DNA of 64,000 nt, taken from a bacterium (GTDB lineage Bacteria > Myxococcota > UBA727 > JAUIJE01). This document shows positions 49,347 to 59,612 of this stretch, piece after piece. The notes beneath the pieces were generated by a model, which was given only the letters and a program-made list of their open reading frames with translations, made no database searches and was not told the DNA's origin. The stretch covers positions 387,460 to 451,459 of the forward strand of contig JAUIJE010000005.1 of NCBI GenBank assembly GCA_030431455.1, given 5' to 3'. Positions within the stretch are counted from its first letter, which is position 1, and each line of letters opens with the position of its first letter. Made by a program: the position numbers and the translations under genes.

Positions 49347-51431
49347 GTGAGCCGGCCCCGCGGAGTCCCCGAAGGTGCATCCTTTTCTGAAGAGGAAAAG
49401 GCCTGGATCATCGGTTCGCAAAAAGGCGGCCAGCCGCACGGCCCGCACACCAAATGGAACGACGCGGGCAAGAAGGTCGAGGAGCTGCGGTACCGCGAGG
49501 GCGTGCTGCACGGACCCTTCCGGCGCTTTTTCGACAACGGCGAGCTGCGCGAAGAGGGCAACTACCGCAACGGCGAAATCAACGGGCTGTGCACCACCCA
49601 CCGGAACCCCAAAGGCGACGGGCCCCCGCCGCACGAAGACGTGGCCGACGTGGTGGTCACCACCGAGGTCGAATACAACATGGGGCGCCCCCTCACGGTG
49701 CGGCACTTCGACAAGAAGAAGCGCCGGGTGCTCGCCGACGGCACCCCCCTGCCCGAGCATCCCAAAGGCGTGCCCTCGGTGGCCGACTACGACGGGGACC
49801 AAGAGCGGTGGTTCCACGGGCAGACCACCAAAGACGGCCAGCGCACCGGCTTTTGGATGGCCTGGACCAAAGACGGCACCCTCGTCGAAGAGACCGAGTA
49901 CCACGAGGGTGAGCTTGACGGGGTCAGCCGCCTCTACGCCGACAACGGCACCCTCATCGAGGAGGGGACCTACGTCGAGGGCAAGCGCACCGGCACGTGG
50001 TCCACCTTCGACCCCAAGGACGGCCGGCTGCTCACCAAGGCCGATTACGACGACGGCCAGTACCATGGTTCGGTGATCGAGTACGGGCCCGACGGCCGAT
50101 CCCGGGTCCGCATCGAGTACGACTTCGGCAAAAAGAGCGGCCAGTACCTCGCCCGCATCGGGAAGGACAAATACAAAGGCGGCCGCATCCGGGTCGAGAA
50201 CGGCACCTTCAAGGACGACCAACCGGTGGGCCGCTGGAAGCTGCTCAACAAGAAGCTCGAGCCCGTGGTCACCATCGACTTCGGGGTGCCCAAGACCGAC
50301 GAGGAAGAGCTCAAGGGCTCGCCGGTGTTCGAGGACCGGCCGCACACCCAACAGCATTGGCAAGAGCTCTACGATCAGCTCCAAGGCGCCCGGAGCGTGG
50401 GGGAGTCGCTCCTCGCCGCGGCCCGGCGCTACGCGGTCACCGACGACGGGGCCGCGTTGCAGGTGCTGTTCGAGGAGGCCTGTGCCCCCCTCACCGACAA
50501 GGGCGCACAGACATTGGCGGAAGAGGTCATCGCGGCCGAAGGCGGCCGCTATTGTTCGCTCACCAACGCCCTGGTGCGCGGGGCGCGGCCGGACACCATC
50601 CTCCAGCAGGTGGCCAAGAACCTCGACCGCGAAGGCAAAAGCCGGGTCGCCTACGATTTTGCCAAAGCCGCGGTCCTGCTCCGCGACCAAGAGCCCTCGC
50701 TCTATTTCACCCGCGCCCTCATCGCCATCAACCTCGGCGAGCAACGGGCGGCCGAGGCCGACGCCCGGGTGCTCGAGAACAACGACGCGGACAACGCGGC
50801 GTTCTTGCTGCAGCTGGTGCGGGTGCTGTTCCCCGATTTTGATTTCTGGCCCGAGCGGCTGCTCATCGACGGGGACGAGCGCGAGGTGCGCTGCGTGCGC
50901 GACGCCGCCGCCATCGGCGAACAGATCCGAATCCTGGCCACGCGTTTTCAGCATCTCCGCCGGGCGGTGCTCGCGCGCATGGACTCGGTGCAGCCGTGGC
51001 TGCCCCCCGACGTGACCCCGTTGATCAAAGACGGCGAGGTCGCGGTCCCCGACGACGCCGCGGCCCTGCCCGACGGCGACGGCATGCTCACCACGTTGCT
51101 GGTCGCGGTCCGCGCTCACTGGGCCGCGATCTGTTGGCTGTGCTGGGCCGCGGGCGAACACCGCCCCGCCCTGCCCCTCGACGTGCGCCCCCCGCTCGAC
51201 CTCGGGGCGCTGTGCACCATGCTCGAACAGCGCCTGGCCGCGACCCGGGCCATGGAACGCGGCGACGAGCCGGACGACGCCTTCACCTGGGAGCGCATCG
51301 CCTCGGCGGACATGAACCCGCACATCGCGGGCATCGCCCGCCAGGAGTTCGAAGAGGCCCTGGCCCACATCCGCTGGTTGGTCGACGACAACATCCCGTC
51401 GCCCCATCACGAGAGCGCGCGCGGGGCCTGA
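49347..51431 (+). CDS. MORN-repeat protein with a large C-terminal helical domain
   Basis: N-terminal ~270 aa of repeated GxxxGxWxxxxxxGxxxxExxY MORN/YwqK-like units. C-terminal 400 aa uncharacterised. Confidence 0.55.
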   Translation: MSRPRGVPEGASFSEEEKAWIIGSQKGGQPHGPHTKWNDAGKKVEELRYREGVLHGPFRRFFDNGELREEGNYRNGEINGLCTTHRNPKGDGPPPHEDVADVVVTTEVEYNMGRPLTVRHFDKKKRRVLADGTPLPEHPKGVPSVADYDGDQERWFHGQTTKDGQRTGFWMAWTKDGTLVEETEYHEGELDGVSRLYADNGTLIEEGTYVEGKRTGTWSTFDPKDGRLLTKADYDDGQYHGSVIEYGPDGRSRVRIEYDFGKKSGQYLARIGKDKYKGGRIRVENGTFKDDQPVGRWKLLNKKLEPVVTIDFGVPKTDEEELKGSPVFEDRPHTQQHWQELYDQLQGARSVGESLLAAARRYAVTDDGAALQVLFEEACAPLTDKGAQTLAEEVIAAEGGRYCSLTNALVRGARPDTILQQVAKNLDREGKSRVAYDFAKAAVLLRDQEPSLYFTRALIAINLGEQRAAEADARVLENNDADNAAFLLQLVRVLFPDFDFWPERLLIDGDEREVRCVRDAAAIGEQIRILATRFQHLRRAVLARMDSVQPWLPPDVTPLIKDGEVAVPDDAAALPDGDGMLTTLLVAVRAHWAAICWLCWAAGEHRPALPLDVRPPLDLGALCTMLEQRLAATRAMERGDEPDDAFTWERIASADMNPHIAGIARQEFEEALAHIRWLVDDNIPSPHHESARGA

Positions 51432-51452
51432 GCCTTCGCGGCCAAAACGCGC

Positions 51453-52097
51453 TCAGAGCCCGGGAGTGCCGGTGAGTTTGCTCCGGGCCGCGACCCCGGC
51501 GAGCTTGGCCACGATGAGGTCCAACGCCACGGTGTTGTCCCCGCCCTCGGGCACGATCAAATCCGCCCAGCGTTTGCTCGGCTCGACGAACTCGAGGTGC
51601 ATGGGGCGCACGGTGCTGTAGTACTGCTCGCGCACCGCCGCGAAGGTGCGGCCCCGGTGCTCGATGTCGCGCCGGATGCGGCGGAACACGCGAATGTCCG
51701 CGTCGGTGTCGACGAAGATTTTGATGTCCATCAGCTTTCGCAGCGCGGGGATGGCGAACACCAAGATGCCCTCGATGATGATGAGGGGCTTGGGGTCGAT
51801 GCGGTGGGTCTCGCTCGACCGGGCGTGTTTGGTGAAGTCGTAGACCGGGACGAGGGCTGGAAAACCTTGTTTGAGCGCCTTGAGGTGCTCGACGAGCAGC
51901 TCGTTGTCCAGGCTCTCTGGGTGATCAAAGTTGAGCTCGCAGCGCTCGTCGTAGGTCAGGTCCGAGCGGTCGCGGTAGTAGCTGTCGTGTTCGATCTTGG
52001 CCACGCTGTCGTCGGGCAACGCCGCGGCGAGCTTGTTCGCGATGGTGGTCTTGCCCGAACCGGTGCCCCCGGCGATGCCGACGATCAGTACGCCCAT
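51453..52097 (-). CDS. udk: uridine kinase
   Basis: GIAGGTGSGKTT P-loop. Udk family length 214 aa. Confidence 0.9.
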   Translation of the reverse strand: MGVLIVGIAGGTGSGKTTIANKLAAALPDDSVAKIEHDSYYRDRSDLTYDERCELNFDHPESLDNELLVEHLKALKQGFPALVPVYDFTKHARSSETHRIDPKPLIIIEGILVFAIPALRKLMDIKIFVDTDADIRVFRRIRRDIEHRGRTFAAVREQYYSTVRPMHLEFVEPSKRWADLIVPEGGDNTVALDLIVAKLAGVAARSKLTGTPGL

Positions 52098-52135
52098 CCC
52101 GCTCGTTTAGCGTGCTGGCCGCAGGTGGAAAGGGC

Positions 52136-52606
52136 CTAGGCCTCGTCCCAGGCCCGGACGGTGTCGGCGAGCTCGTCGCAGAGGGCGTCGGTGGGGGCGA
52201 AGGGATTTTTGTGCCGGGCTTTGCGCTCGGCCCGGGTGAGCACGAGCATGGCCGCGGTCCGGGACAGGCCGTTGCGCTTGGCCTCGGCCAAGAAGAGCTG
52301 GCGCACGCAGATCGACCCGATGCCCAGGGTGGGAAAACCGAACGTGAGCGCGAGGGTGAGGTGCATGAGCACGTCGTAGAGCACGTTGCCGGTGGAGAGC
52401 AGCCCGAAGGAAAAGGCCCCGCCCACCGCCGCGAGCCCGGCGAGCACGAACTTGAACCGGCGCTGCTGGACCAAGGTCCGCAGCAACGAATCGAGGGTGG
52501 CGTCGTCGACGTTGACCGGTCGCGGCAGCCAGGGCTCCAAGAACGCGGCCCGGCTCTGGGCGTCCACCGGGGCGGGCAACAGGTCGGGGGGGCGGAGCGG
52601 GTCCAT
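52136..52606 (-). CDS. hypothetical membrane protein
   Basis: Two predicted TM helices. No known domain. Confidence 0.4.
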   Translation of the reverse strand: MDPLRPPDLLPAPVDAQSRAAFLEPWLPRPVNVDDATLDSLLRTLVQQRRFKFVLAGLAAVGGAFSFGLLSTGNVLYDVLMHLTLALTFGFPTLGIGSICVRQLFLAEAKRNGLSRTAAMLVLTRAERKARHKNPFAPTDALCDELADTVRAWDEA

Positions 52607-52639
52607 GGCGGTCAGGGTATCAACCGCGCCCGGGCGCGC

Positions 52640-53362
52640 TCAACGCGGGGCCCCGGTGGCGGGATCGAGGATGCGGTACGTGCTCTCGCCGGGGGGCCCG
52701 GGGGTGGCCTCGAGGTGTTCGCGTCCGTCTTGGTGCCGGACGTACAGGCCGCTCATGCGCGTGCCGTAGGGCCCGAGGTGAAAACACGGCCCGGTCTCGC
52801 CGTGTCCCGACAAGGCCTGCTTGGCGGTGCGCAACACCGCGGGGAGCGCGGCCGGGGCCGCGTCGAGCCGGGCTTTGACCTCGGCGGTGCGCGGGTCCGC
52901 GGTCACGTTGAGCCCCTTGTTGGCGAGCACGTGCCGGCCGGGGCCGACGTCATCGACGCGCAATGGCCCTGCATGGTTGGTGACGTAAAGCGCCCGGTGG
53001 TGATCGGTGACCAGCAGGTGAAACGGTCCGTAGGCGGGCCCTTGCTCGCGGGACAGCCGGGCCCGCGCCTCGTCGAGGGAACGCGCGGTGGCGGCCATGA
53101 GCACGAGGTCGCCGCGGGTCTTTTCGCCGGGACCGGGGGGGGTCTCGCCGTGGTGGTTGGTGAGGGCCGCGGTCACCGCAGGCCCGATGGCAAACCAGGT
53201 GCCCCCCGACACCAAGTCCCGCCCCCCGACGACGAAGACCTCGCCCCAGGGGGCGTAGCGGTGAAAGCCCCGGGTGGGCCGGGCCAAAAACTCGTCGCGG
53301 TTGAACGCGAACAAGGTCGAGACCCCGGGCACCGCTTGGTGCCAAAAAATCACCGTACACAT
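52640..53362 (-). CDS. NRDE-family (TANGO2-like, DUF833) protein
   Basis: MCTVIFWHQ...LFAFNRDEF N-terminus with Ntn-like Cys2. Confidence 0.7.
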   Translation of the reverse strand: MCTVIFWHQAVPGVSTLFAFNRDEFLARPTRGFHRYAPWGEVFVVGGRDLVSGGTWFAIGPAVTAALTNHHGETPPGPGEKTRGDLVLMAATARSLDEARARLSREQGPAYGPFHLLVTDHHRALYVTNHAGPLRVDDVGPGRHVLANKGLNVTADPRTAEVKARLDAAPAALPAVLRTAKQALSGHGETGPCFHLGPYGTRMSGLYVRHQDGREHLEATPGPPGESTYRILDPATGAPR

Positions 53363-54067
53363 TCAGGCCGCCCCATCCCAATGTCGATGCACCGCGTGGG
53401 CGGTGGACAAAAAATAGTCGGTGTTGTCCGGGGCCCGGACACAATCCCACTGCAAAGTCACCTGCTCGGGCGCGTGGCCCTCCTTGAGCAAGAAGCGCAC
53501 CGTGGCGGTGCCGTCGTCCTGGGGCTGGACCTCGACCTCGTGAAACCCCACGTAGCGGCGGAGCACGGGGTCGAGCACCTTGTACAGGGCCTCTTTCAGG
53601 GAAAAACGCAGCAGGAGTTCTTCCTCCGCGGGGTGCGCGGACAGCCCGCCCAGGGCGGCGCGCTCGTCGTCGGTGAGCACAAACCGGGAGATGTCGGTGC
53701 GGCTGTCGCGCCGGCGGTGCTCGACGTCGATGCCCACGAAGCCTTTGTCCACGGTGGCGGCGATGGCCGCGGCCACGTCGTCCTTGTGGCTGACCGAGCC
53801 CACGGTGGGGGCGATGAGCAGCGGGGCCCCGCGGACGTTGGGCGGGACCGGACCGGGATCGGTGCACGCGGCGTCGGCGAGGGCCCGGCGCAAAGCGTGC
53901 CGCCCGCCGAAGAAGGTGCGCTTGCGGCGGGGATGAAAGGACGACGCCCACGCGCGCTCGGCCTCGTGCTCGCCGGCTTCGAGCAAGGACGCCGGGAGCG
54001 CTCGCAGGTCCAGGGCCACGATGCAGCCGAGGTCACTTTTTCGTCGGAAAAAGACCGCGCGGTCCAT
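53363..54067 (-). CDS. 4'-phosphopantetheinyl transferase (Sfp/EntD type)
   Basis: FFGGRHALRRAL, VGIDVEHRR and FSLKEALYKVL motifs. Only this C-terminal 235 aa of the 961 aa track ORF is supported. Confidence 0.8.
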   Translation of the reverse strand: MDRAVFFRRKSDLGCIVALDLRALPASLLEAGEHEAERAWASSFHPRRKRTFFGGRHALRRALADAACTDPGPVPPNVRGAPLLIAPTVGSVSHKDDVAAAIAATVDKGFVGIDVEHRRRDSRTDISRFVLTDDERAALGGLSAHPAEEELLLRFSLKEALYKVLDPVLRRYVGFHEVEVQPQDDGTATVRFLLKEGHAPEQVTLQWDCVRAPDNTDYFLSTAHAVHRHWDGAA

Positions 54068-54148
54068 AGGGTGAACCTTGCATCGCCGCCGACAAGCGGC
54101 AATCGCGGAGCAAGTGCGATGGCGACCTTGAGCATCCAAGAACGACGC

Positions 54149-55639
54149 GCGACCACCGCGGCGCTGTTGGTGGTGACGTTTTTGGCCAGTCTCGACGTGA
54201 CGGTGGTGAGCGTGGCCATGCCCTCGATCATCGCCGAGCTCCAGGGCTTGTCCCTGTACGGCTGGGTGTTCTCCGCGTACCTGTTGACCTCGTCGGCGAG
54301 CGTGCCGGTGTACGGCAAGCTCGCGGACCGGTTCGGGCGCAAGCCGATGTTTGTCGTCGGGGCGTCGCTGTTTTTGATCGGCAGCTTGCTGTGCGGCATC
54401 GCCCCCTCGATGTGGGTGCTGGTGTTGGCCCGCTTGGTCCAAGGCGCGGGGGCGGGGGCGCTGATTCCGATCAGCTTGACCATCCTCGGCGACATCTACG
54501 CGGTGCATGAGCGCGCGCGGGTGCAGGCGGTGTTCTCGCTGGTGTGGGGGGTCTCGAGCATGGTCGGGCCCCCGCTGGGCGCGTTGTTGCTCGCCTACCT
54601 CGACTGGCCTTGGGTGTTCTACGTGAACCTCCCGGTGGGGCTGTTGGCCATGGCCGCGTTGCTGTTCACCTTTCGCGAGGAGGTGCGCGGGGAGGCCGCC
54701 CCCATCGACTGGACCGGCGCGGGCCTGCTCGTGCTCGGGACCTCGGCCCTGCTGGTGTGGGTCACGTCGCTGTCCGCGCTCGGGCAAGCGGGGGCGGTGC
54801 TGTGGCCGGCCCTGCTCGTGGCCGTGCTCGCCTACGCGGGGCTGTTCGTGGTCGAAAAGCGCGCGCCCGCCCCGGTGGTCCCCTACGCCCTGATGGGCCA
54901 GCGGGCCATCGCGGTGAGCACGGCCATGGGGCTGTTCATCGGGGCCTACCTGTTCGGCTCCATCGCGTTTGTGCCCACGGTGGTGCTCGGGGTGATGGGC
55001 AAGAGCGCGTTTTACGTCGGGGTCGCGCTCATTCCCATGTCCTTCGGGTGGTCGTTGGGCTCGGCCCTGTCCGGCCGGGTATACATGCGCATTGGCTACC
55101 GCCCGAGCACGCTCATCGGCACGTCGGTGGTGTGCGCGGGGGCCTGGCTGTTGCCGCTCGCCCTGTATCTCGACCTCGACTGGCTCTTCTTCGTCGGGGT
55201 CGGCAGCACCGGGGTGGGCTTTGGCTTTGCCATCACCTCGACCAACGTGATGGCCCACGACCTCACCCCCTGGCGATCGCGGGGGGCGGTGACCGGGCTG
55301 TTGCAGTTCGCGCGCAACATGGGGGGCGCGGTGTTTGTGGCTGGACTCGGCGCGCTGTTGTTCTTCACCGTCACCGCCGCCCTCGACGGGGCGATCGCCG
55401 CCGACCAGGTCTCGCTCATCGTCGACCCCGAGCGCTGGACCGACCTGCCCGCGGGCCTGCGCGACGACGCGCCGGGGGCCCTGCGCGCGGGCATGCGGGT
55501 GGTGTTTTTGGTGCTGGCGGGGTTCGCCTCCGCCGCGTGGTTGGTCACGTTGTTTTTGCCCCCGGTCAACGCCGGGGAAGGCGAAGGCGAGCAAGAGCGC
55601 CGGGCTCAGACCGCGGCCACCCCCACCGGCGAGCCTTGA
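54149..55639 (+). CDS. MFS transporter (DHA2-like drug:H+ antiporter family)
   Basis: 14 predicted TM. Motif GKLADRFGRKPMF. Start MATLSIQERR. The upstream 680 aa of the track ORF are spurious. Confidence 0.8.
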   Translation, partial: ATTAALLVVTFLASLDVTVVSVAMPSIIAELQGLSLYGWVFSAYLLTSSASVPVYGKLADRFGRKPMFVVGASLFLIGSLLCGIAPSMWVLVLARLVQGAGAGALIPISLTILGDIYAVHERARVQAVFSLVWGVSSMVGPPLGALLLAYLDWPWVFYVNLPVGLLAMAALLFTFREEVRGEAAPIDWTGAGLLVLGTSALLVWVTSLSALGQAGAVLWPALLVAVLAYAGLFVVEKRAPAPVVPYALMGQRAIAVSTAMGLFIGAYLFGSIAFVPTVVLGVMGKSAFYVGVALIPMSFGWSLGSALSGRVYMRIGYRPSTLIGTSVVCAGAWLLPLALYLDLDWLFFVGVGSTGVGFGFAITSTNVMAHDLTPWRSRGAVTGLLQFARNMGGAVFVAGLGALLFFTVTAALDGAIAADQVSLIVDPERWTDLPAGLRDDAPGALRAGMRVVFLVLAGFASAAWLVTLFLPPVNAGEGEGEQERRAQTAATPTGEP

Positions 55640-56280
55640 TGCCCGGCCCCCGTGCGGTGGGGCAGCAGCGCCATCGCCCCCGTGGGCTCGGGGGGCGGCC
55701 CGTCGAGGGCGGTCACCGCTTGGGCGGCTTTGTGCAGCCAAGGCACCGCGTCCTCGGCGGACAGGCCCGCGCGTTCGACCTGCAGAGTCAGGGCGTGGTC
55801 CTCGACCAACAGCTCGGTCACGCGCTCGTCGGCGGCCCACTCGTCGAGCATGGTGCGCAGGGCCACCGCCGGCTCGATCCCGGGTTGGTCGTCGGGCGAC
55901 AGCCAGGCCCGGCCGTCCGTTTGGTGCCGCAGACGCCAGGCCGCGGGGGCCCTGGTGGCGGGCAGCCAATCGGTGCGCACCATCGCGAACGCCCCCGGGG
56001 CGGTCGGGGTGCGCTCGACCACGATGCGCCACAGAGACGCTTGGCCGCGCACTTGAGCCTGGAGCAACACGCGGCGGCCGAGGGCGGCGACCTCGACGTT
56101 GAGCGGGGTCTGGGCCGAGCTGGGCAACATCGCGAGCACCGCGCAGCGACGGTGGTGCAACGTCTCGAGCAACACGCGCTGCTTTTTGGTCAGCCACAGG
56201 GCCCAGCCCGCGACGGGAATGACGATGCCCACGGCCATGGAGACGCACACGAGCACACCGACGAGAATCTCGATGCCCAT
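55606..56280 (-). CDS. hypothetical membrane-anchored protein
   Basis: Start MGIEILVGVLVCVSMAVGIVIPV (TM). No domain recognised. Confidence 0.4.
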   Translation of the reverse strand: MGIEILVGVLVCVSMAVGIVIPVAGWALWLTKKQRVLLETLHHRRCAVLAMLPSSAQTPLNVEVAALGRRVLLQAQVRGQASLWRIVVERTPTAPGAFAMVRTDWLPATRAPAAWRLRHQTDGRAWLSPDDQPGIEPAVALRTMLDEWAADERVTELLVEDHALTLQVERAGLSAEDAVPWLHKAAQAVTALDGPPPEPTGAMALLPHRTGAGHQGSPVGVAAV

Positions 56281-56353
56281 GGCGAAAAGTCTACCAGCCG
56301 GCCGCGCCCCCCGCACCCCGGCCGAGACAACCTGCGGCCCGGCCGGGCCCGGG

Positions 56354-57148
56354 TCAATGCTGGGTATCTGGACACCAGCAAGTGGTCCGGCCGCCCACCT
56401 CGTCGAACCGCAAGGGGTACCCGTCGGGGCTCCGCTGGGTCTGGTCTTTGCCCCAGCGCCGGTGAAAGAGCCACTTGCCCGGGAACCGGTCCGCGTCGGC
56501 GTCGACCGCGCACGCCTTCTTGAGCACCCGCGACAGCACCCGCCGCAGGGTGCGCACCTCGTCGAGGCTCAAGGTCTCCGCGCGGCGGGTGGGGGCGATG
56601 CCGGACTGGAAGAGCACCTCGTCCGCGATCCAGTTGCCCACCCCCGCGAAGAACTTCTGGTCGAGGAGCATGGCCTTGATCGGGACCTTCTTTTTTCCCA
56701 TCTGGGCCGCGAGCACCGCGGCCTTCGGCAACTGCAACAGCGCGTCGGGGCCGAGCTTTTGCACCGGCGGCTCGTGGTACACGTCGTCGACCACGGTGAC
56801 CCGGCCGAGCCGTCGCTTGTTCACAAACGACAGGTGCGGGCCCTTGGCGGGGGCGAACGTCAGCTTCCAAAACGCCGGCTTTTCACCTTTGGCGTGGGGC
56901 ACGAACGAGCCGGTCATCCCGAGGTGAAAAACCACGCTGGGCCCCCGTTTGGTCTCGAGCCACAAGTACTTGCCGTGCCGGCCGCTGCCGGTGATCACGG
57001 TCTTTTGCAGGGCCTTTTGCGCCCGCTCCGGCCCCCCGGGGCCAAACACGATGGTGTCGCCCACGACGTCGACGCGGGTGAGCGGTCGGCCCTCCAGGGC
57101 CTCGAACACCTGGCGGCGGGCGGTCTCGACTTCGGGCAACTCCGGCAT
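56354..57148 (-). CDS. mutM: formamidopyrimidine-DNA glycosylase (Fpg/Nei family)
   Basis: MPELPEVE N-terminus with catalytic Pro2/Glu3. H2TH. C-terminal zinc finger CxxC...CxxC. Confidence 0.9.
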   Translation of the reverse strand: MPELPEVETARRQVFEALEGRPLTRVDVVGDTIVFGPGGPERAQKALQKTVITGSGRHGKYLWLETKRGPSVVFHLGMTGSFVPHAKGEKPAFWKLTFAPAKGPHLSFVNKRRLGRVTVVDDVYHEPPVQKLGPDALLQLPKAAVLAAQMGKKKVPIKAMLLDQKFFAGVGNWIADEVLFQSGIAPTRRAETLSLDEVRTLRRVLSRVLKKACAVDADADRFPGKWLFHRRWGKDQTQRSPDGYPLRFDEVGGRTTCWCPDTQH

Positions 57149-57163
57149 GGCTTGGTCCTCGGT

Positions 57164-59590
57164 TCAGCGGATGCGCACCCGTTTGGATGCTTTCTTGAAA
57201 AATAGGGCATAGCCGCGCACCCGGGGGCACAGCTGGGCCGGGGGGGGCTGTTTTTTCTTTTTCGCCTGGGCGTCATCGGGCACCAGCCACGCCTCCTGGC
57301 GGGCGGGGAACACCTCCAGGCGGTAGCCGCCCCCGTCGAGGCGCAGGGTGCGCGGGAAGTCGGCCGCGACCTTCTCCGCGGCATCGAACAGGCCGGTCAC
57401 GGTGGGCACATCGGGCAGCAGGTCCGCCGCGTCCACCAGCTTGAGGTCCTCTTCGGTCTCGACCCCCAAGGCGGTCAGCCGCTCGACGAGGAATGGCTCG
57501 ATCTCGGTGGTGGACGGCCCCGCCACCCCCTCGTGCAGGGCCGCGCACAAGGCCCAATGAAAGAGCGCCTCGTCGAGGCGCGGGGCGAGCTTTTTGAAGC
57601 GCCGGCCCGCGGCGATGTCGCGGGCCACCGCCTCGAGCAAGGTCTCGCCCGCGACCTTCTCCTCGCCGACCTCGAGCACCACCCCGGCATAGACCCGTTC
57701 GGTGGCGCCGTCGGGCCGCACCCGCACGGTGCCGAGCCCGGCCTCGACCAGGGCCCGCCGCGTACAGGGGAACATCAAGCGCACGCTCTCGAACACCCGC
57801 CCCTTGTCGTCGACGAGCACCCCGCTCGACAGCACGATGCCGGCCTCGGGCCGGATTCCCTCCCCGGCCGCGTCCCCCGGCGGCTGGTAGGCCCGCGCGC
57901 TGACCTCGTCGTTGTCGTTGCCGTAGGGGGCCCGGTCCGCGTCGCGTTTTTTCGCGGCCCGGGCCCGCAGGGCGTAGGCGCGCAACGGCGCGCGGGTGGC
58001 GAGAAACACCGCCAGCTCGTGCGCGCGGCGGTCGGTCAAGCGCAGGTCGTTCTCGTCGGGGGGCCGCCCGGCCAAGCGCTGGTACAGCCGCCGGGCGTCG
58101 GCGAACGTGCGGGGGTGCAGGCCGAGCCGGTCGGGGCCGGCTTCGCACAGAGCGCGCAGGCACTCTTCAGCCTCGGAGCCGCAGCCCCGCCAGGCGTCGC
58201 GTCGCTCGTCGGCCACGTCGTCGCGGCGCCCCGCGGGGACCGCGGACAACGGGACCACCAGCCGATCGCCGGTCTCGACCAGGGTGGCCATCGCCGCGCA
58301 CAGCGGCAACAGCCCCGCGGGGGGATCGACGAGCCAGGGCCCGACGTCGGCCGACACCGGGCGCTCGGCCGCGGCCCGGCCGAGGGCGGTGATCGCGCCC
58401 TGGTCGTCGAGCAGCCCGAGGGCGGCGAGCTTTTCCTGGGCCCGCTCGAGGGCAAAGTCGGGGGGCGGGGTCGGCCAACGAAGGGCCGCGGCCGCGGCTT
58501 TGTCGTAGCCCACCGCGGCGAGCTGGAGCGCGAGGTCGTCGAGCGGCACCCGCTCGATCTCCGGGGGCTTGGTCGGTTTGGGCACGTAACGCGACGAGAA
58601 CAGCCGGATGCAAAGGCCCGGCGCCACCCGCCCGGCCCGGCCTTTGCGCTGCTCGAGCGAACTCTCCGCGCAGGGCATCAGCGCGAGCGCGCTGCGCTTT
58701 TTGATGTGCAACACCCCGCGCTCCAGCCCGCTGTCGACGACCACGCGCACCCCGGGCAGGGTCAGCGAGGTCTCGGCCACATTGGTGGCGAGGTACACGC
58801 GCCGGCGCTGGTGCTGTTCGAACGCGCGGGCGAGCTTTTGTACGTCTTTGCCCCCGTGCACCTCGATGAGCTCGACCCCGCGCGGCAGGGTGGGCGAGAG
58901 CGCGCGGGCCACGTCGCGGATTTCGCCCCGGCCGGGCAAGAACACGAGCACGTCCCCGTCGTGCTCGTCGAGCGCGCGCCGGGTGACGGCCGCGGCCCGG
59001 CGGTCGAGATCGCGCCGGCTGGGGCCAAAGGGGGCGTCCTCGTGGCGGAGCGCGACCGGGAACTGCCGGCCGGGGGCGGCGATGTGGTGCGCGCCGAGGG
59101 CATCGACCAATGCCGCTGCATCCAGCGTCGCCGAGGTGTACACCAAGCGCAGGGCCGGGTCGTGTTCTTGGCGGGCCCGGGCGAAGGTCGCGGCGAGGTC
59201 GGCCTCCGTCCCCCGCTCATGAAACTCGTCGAACAGGATCGCCCCAGGGGCGAACGAAGGGTCGCGAAACATCCGCACCAACACCCCGGGGGTCACGAAC
59301 AGCACGCGGGTGTCGGGCCCGCTCTGGTCGTCGAAGCGGACCCGGTACCCGATGCGGGCCCCGACCCGGCTTCCGTCCTGTGATGCCAAAAACCGCGCCA
59401 AGGCCACACACGCGAGGCGGCGTGGCTCGAGCACGATCACCCGCCGGTCGGTGAGCGCGGCCAGCCACAGGGGCAGCCGGGTGGACTTGCCCGACCCGGT
59501 GGGCGCCTCGAGCACCACCCGCGCGTGGGCCTGCACCGCCTGGTCAAAGGCCGGGCGATGGGCATCGACGGGGAGGGTCAGGTTTGGCAT
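57164..59590 (-). CDS. hrpB: ATP-dependent DEAH-box helicase HrpB
   Basis: VLEAPTGSGKSTRLP. FDEFHERG. HA2 and HrpB C-terminal domains. Start MPNLTLPV. The upstream extension of the track ORF overlaps the ABC gene. Confidence 0.9.
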   Translation of the reverse strand: MPNLTLPVDAHRPAFDQAVQAHARVVLEAPTGSGKSTRLPLWLAALTDRRVIVLEPRRLACVALARFLASQDGSRVGARIGYRVRFDDQSGPDTRVLFVTPGVLVRMFRDPSFAPGAILFDEFHERGTEADLAATFARARQEHDPALRLVYTSATLDAAALVDALGAHHIAAPGRQFPVALRHEDAPFGPSRRDLDRRAAAVTRRALDEHDGDVLVFLPGRGEIRDVARALSPTLPRGVELIEVHGGKDVQKLARAFEQHQRRRVYLATNVAETSLTLPGVRVVVDSGLERGVLHIKKRSALALMPCAESSLEQRKGRAGRVAPGLCIRLFSSRYVPKPTKPPEIERVPLDDLALQLAAVGYDKAAAAALRWPTPPPDFALERAQEKLAALGLLDDQGAITALGRAAAERPVSADVGPWLVDPPAGLLPLCAAMATLVETGDRLVVPLSAVPAGRRDDVADERRDAWRGCGSEAEECLRALCEAGPDRLGLHPRTFADARRLYQRLAGRPPDENDLRLTDRRAHELAVFLATRAPLRAYALRARAAKKRDADRAPYGNDNDEVSARAYQPPGDAAGEGIRPEAGIVLSSGVLVDDKGRVFESVRLMFPCTRRALVEAGLGTVRVRPDGATERVYAGVVLEVGEEKVAGETLLEAVARDIAAGRRFKKLAPRLDEALFHWALCAALHEGVAGPSTTEIEPFLVERLTALGVETEEDLKLVDAADLLPDVPTVTGLFDAAEKVAADFPRTLRLDGGGYRLEVFPARQEAWLVPDDAQAKKKKQPPPAQLCPRVRGYALFFKKASKRVRIR

Positions 59591-59612
59591 GGACAACGTC
59601 GTGGGAGGCCCC

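Noticed and set aside
53363-56248. 961 aa minus-strand ORF and the overlapping 1175 aa plus-strand ORF (52112..55639)
   Set aside because: Only the C-terminal 235 aa (PPTase) of the minus ORF and the C-terminal 496 aa (MFS transporter) of the plus ORF have protein-like composition and motifs. The remainders are Arg/Gly/Pro-rich GC-frame artefacts overlapping real genes on the other strand.
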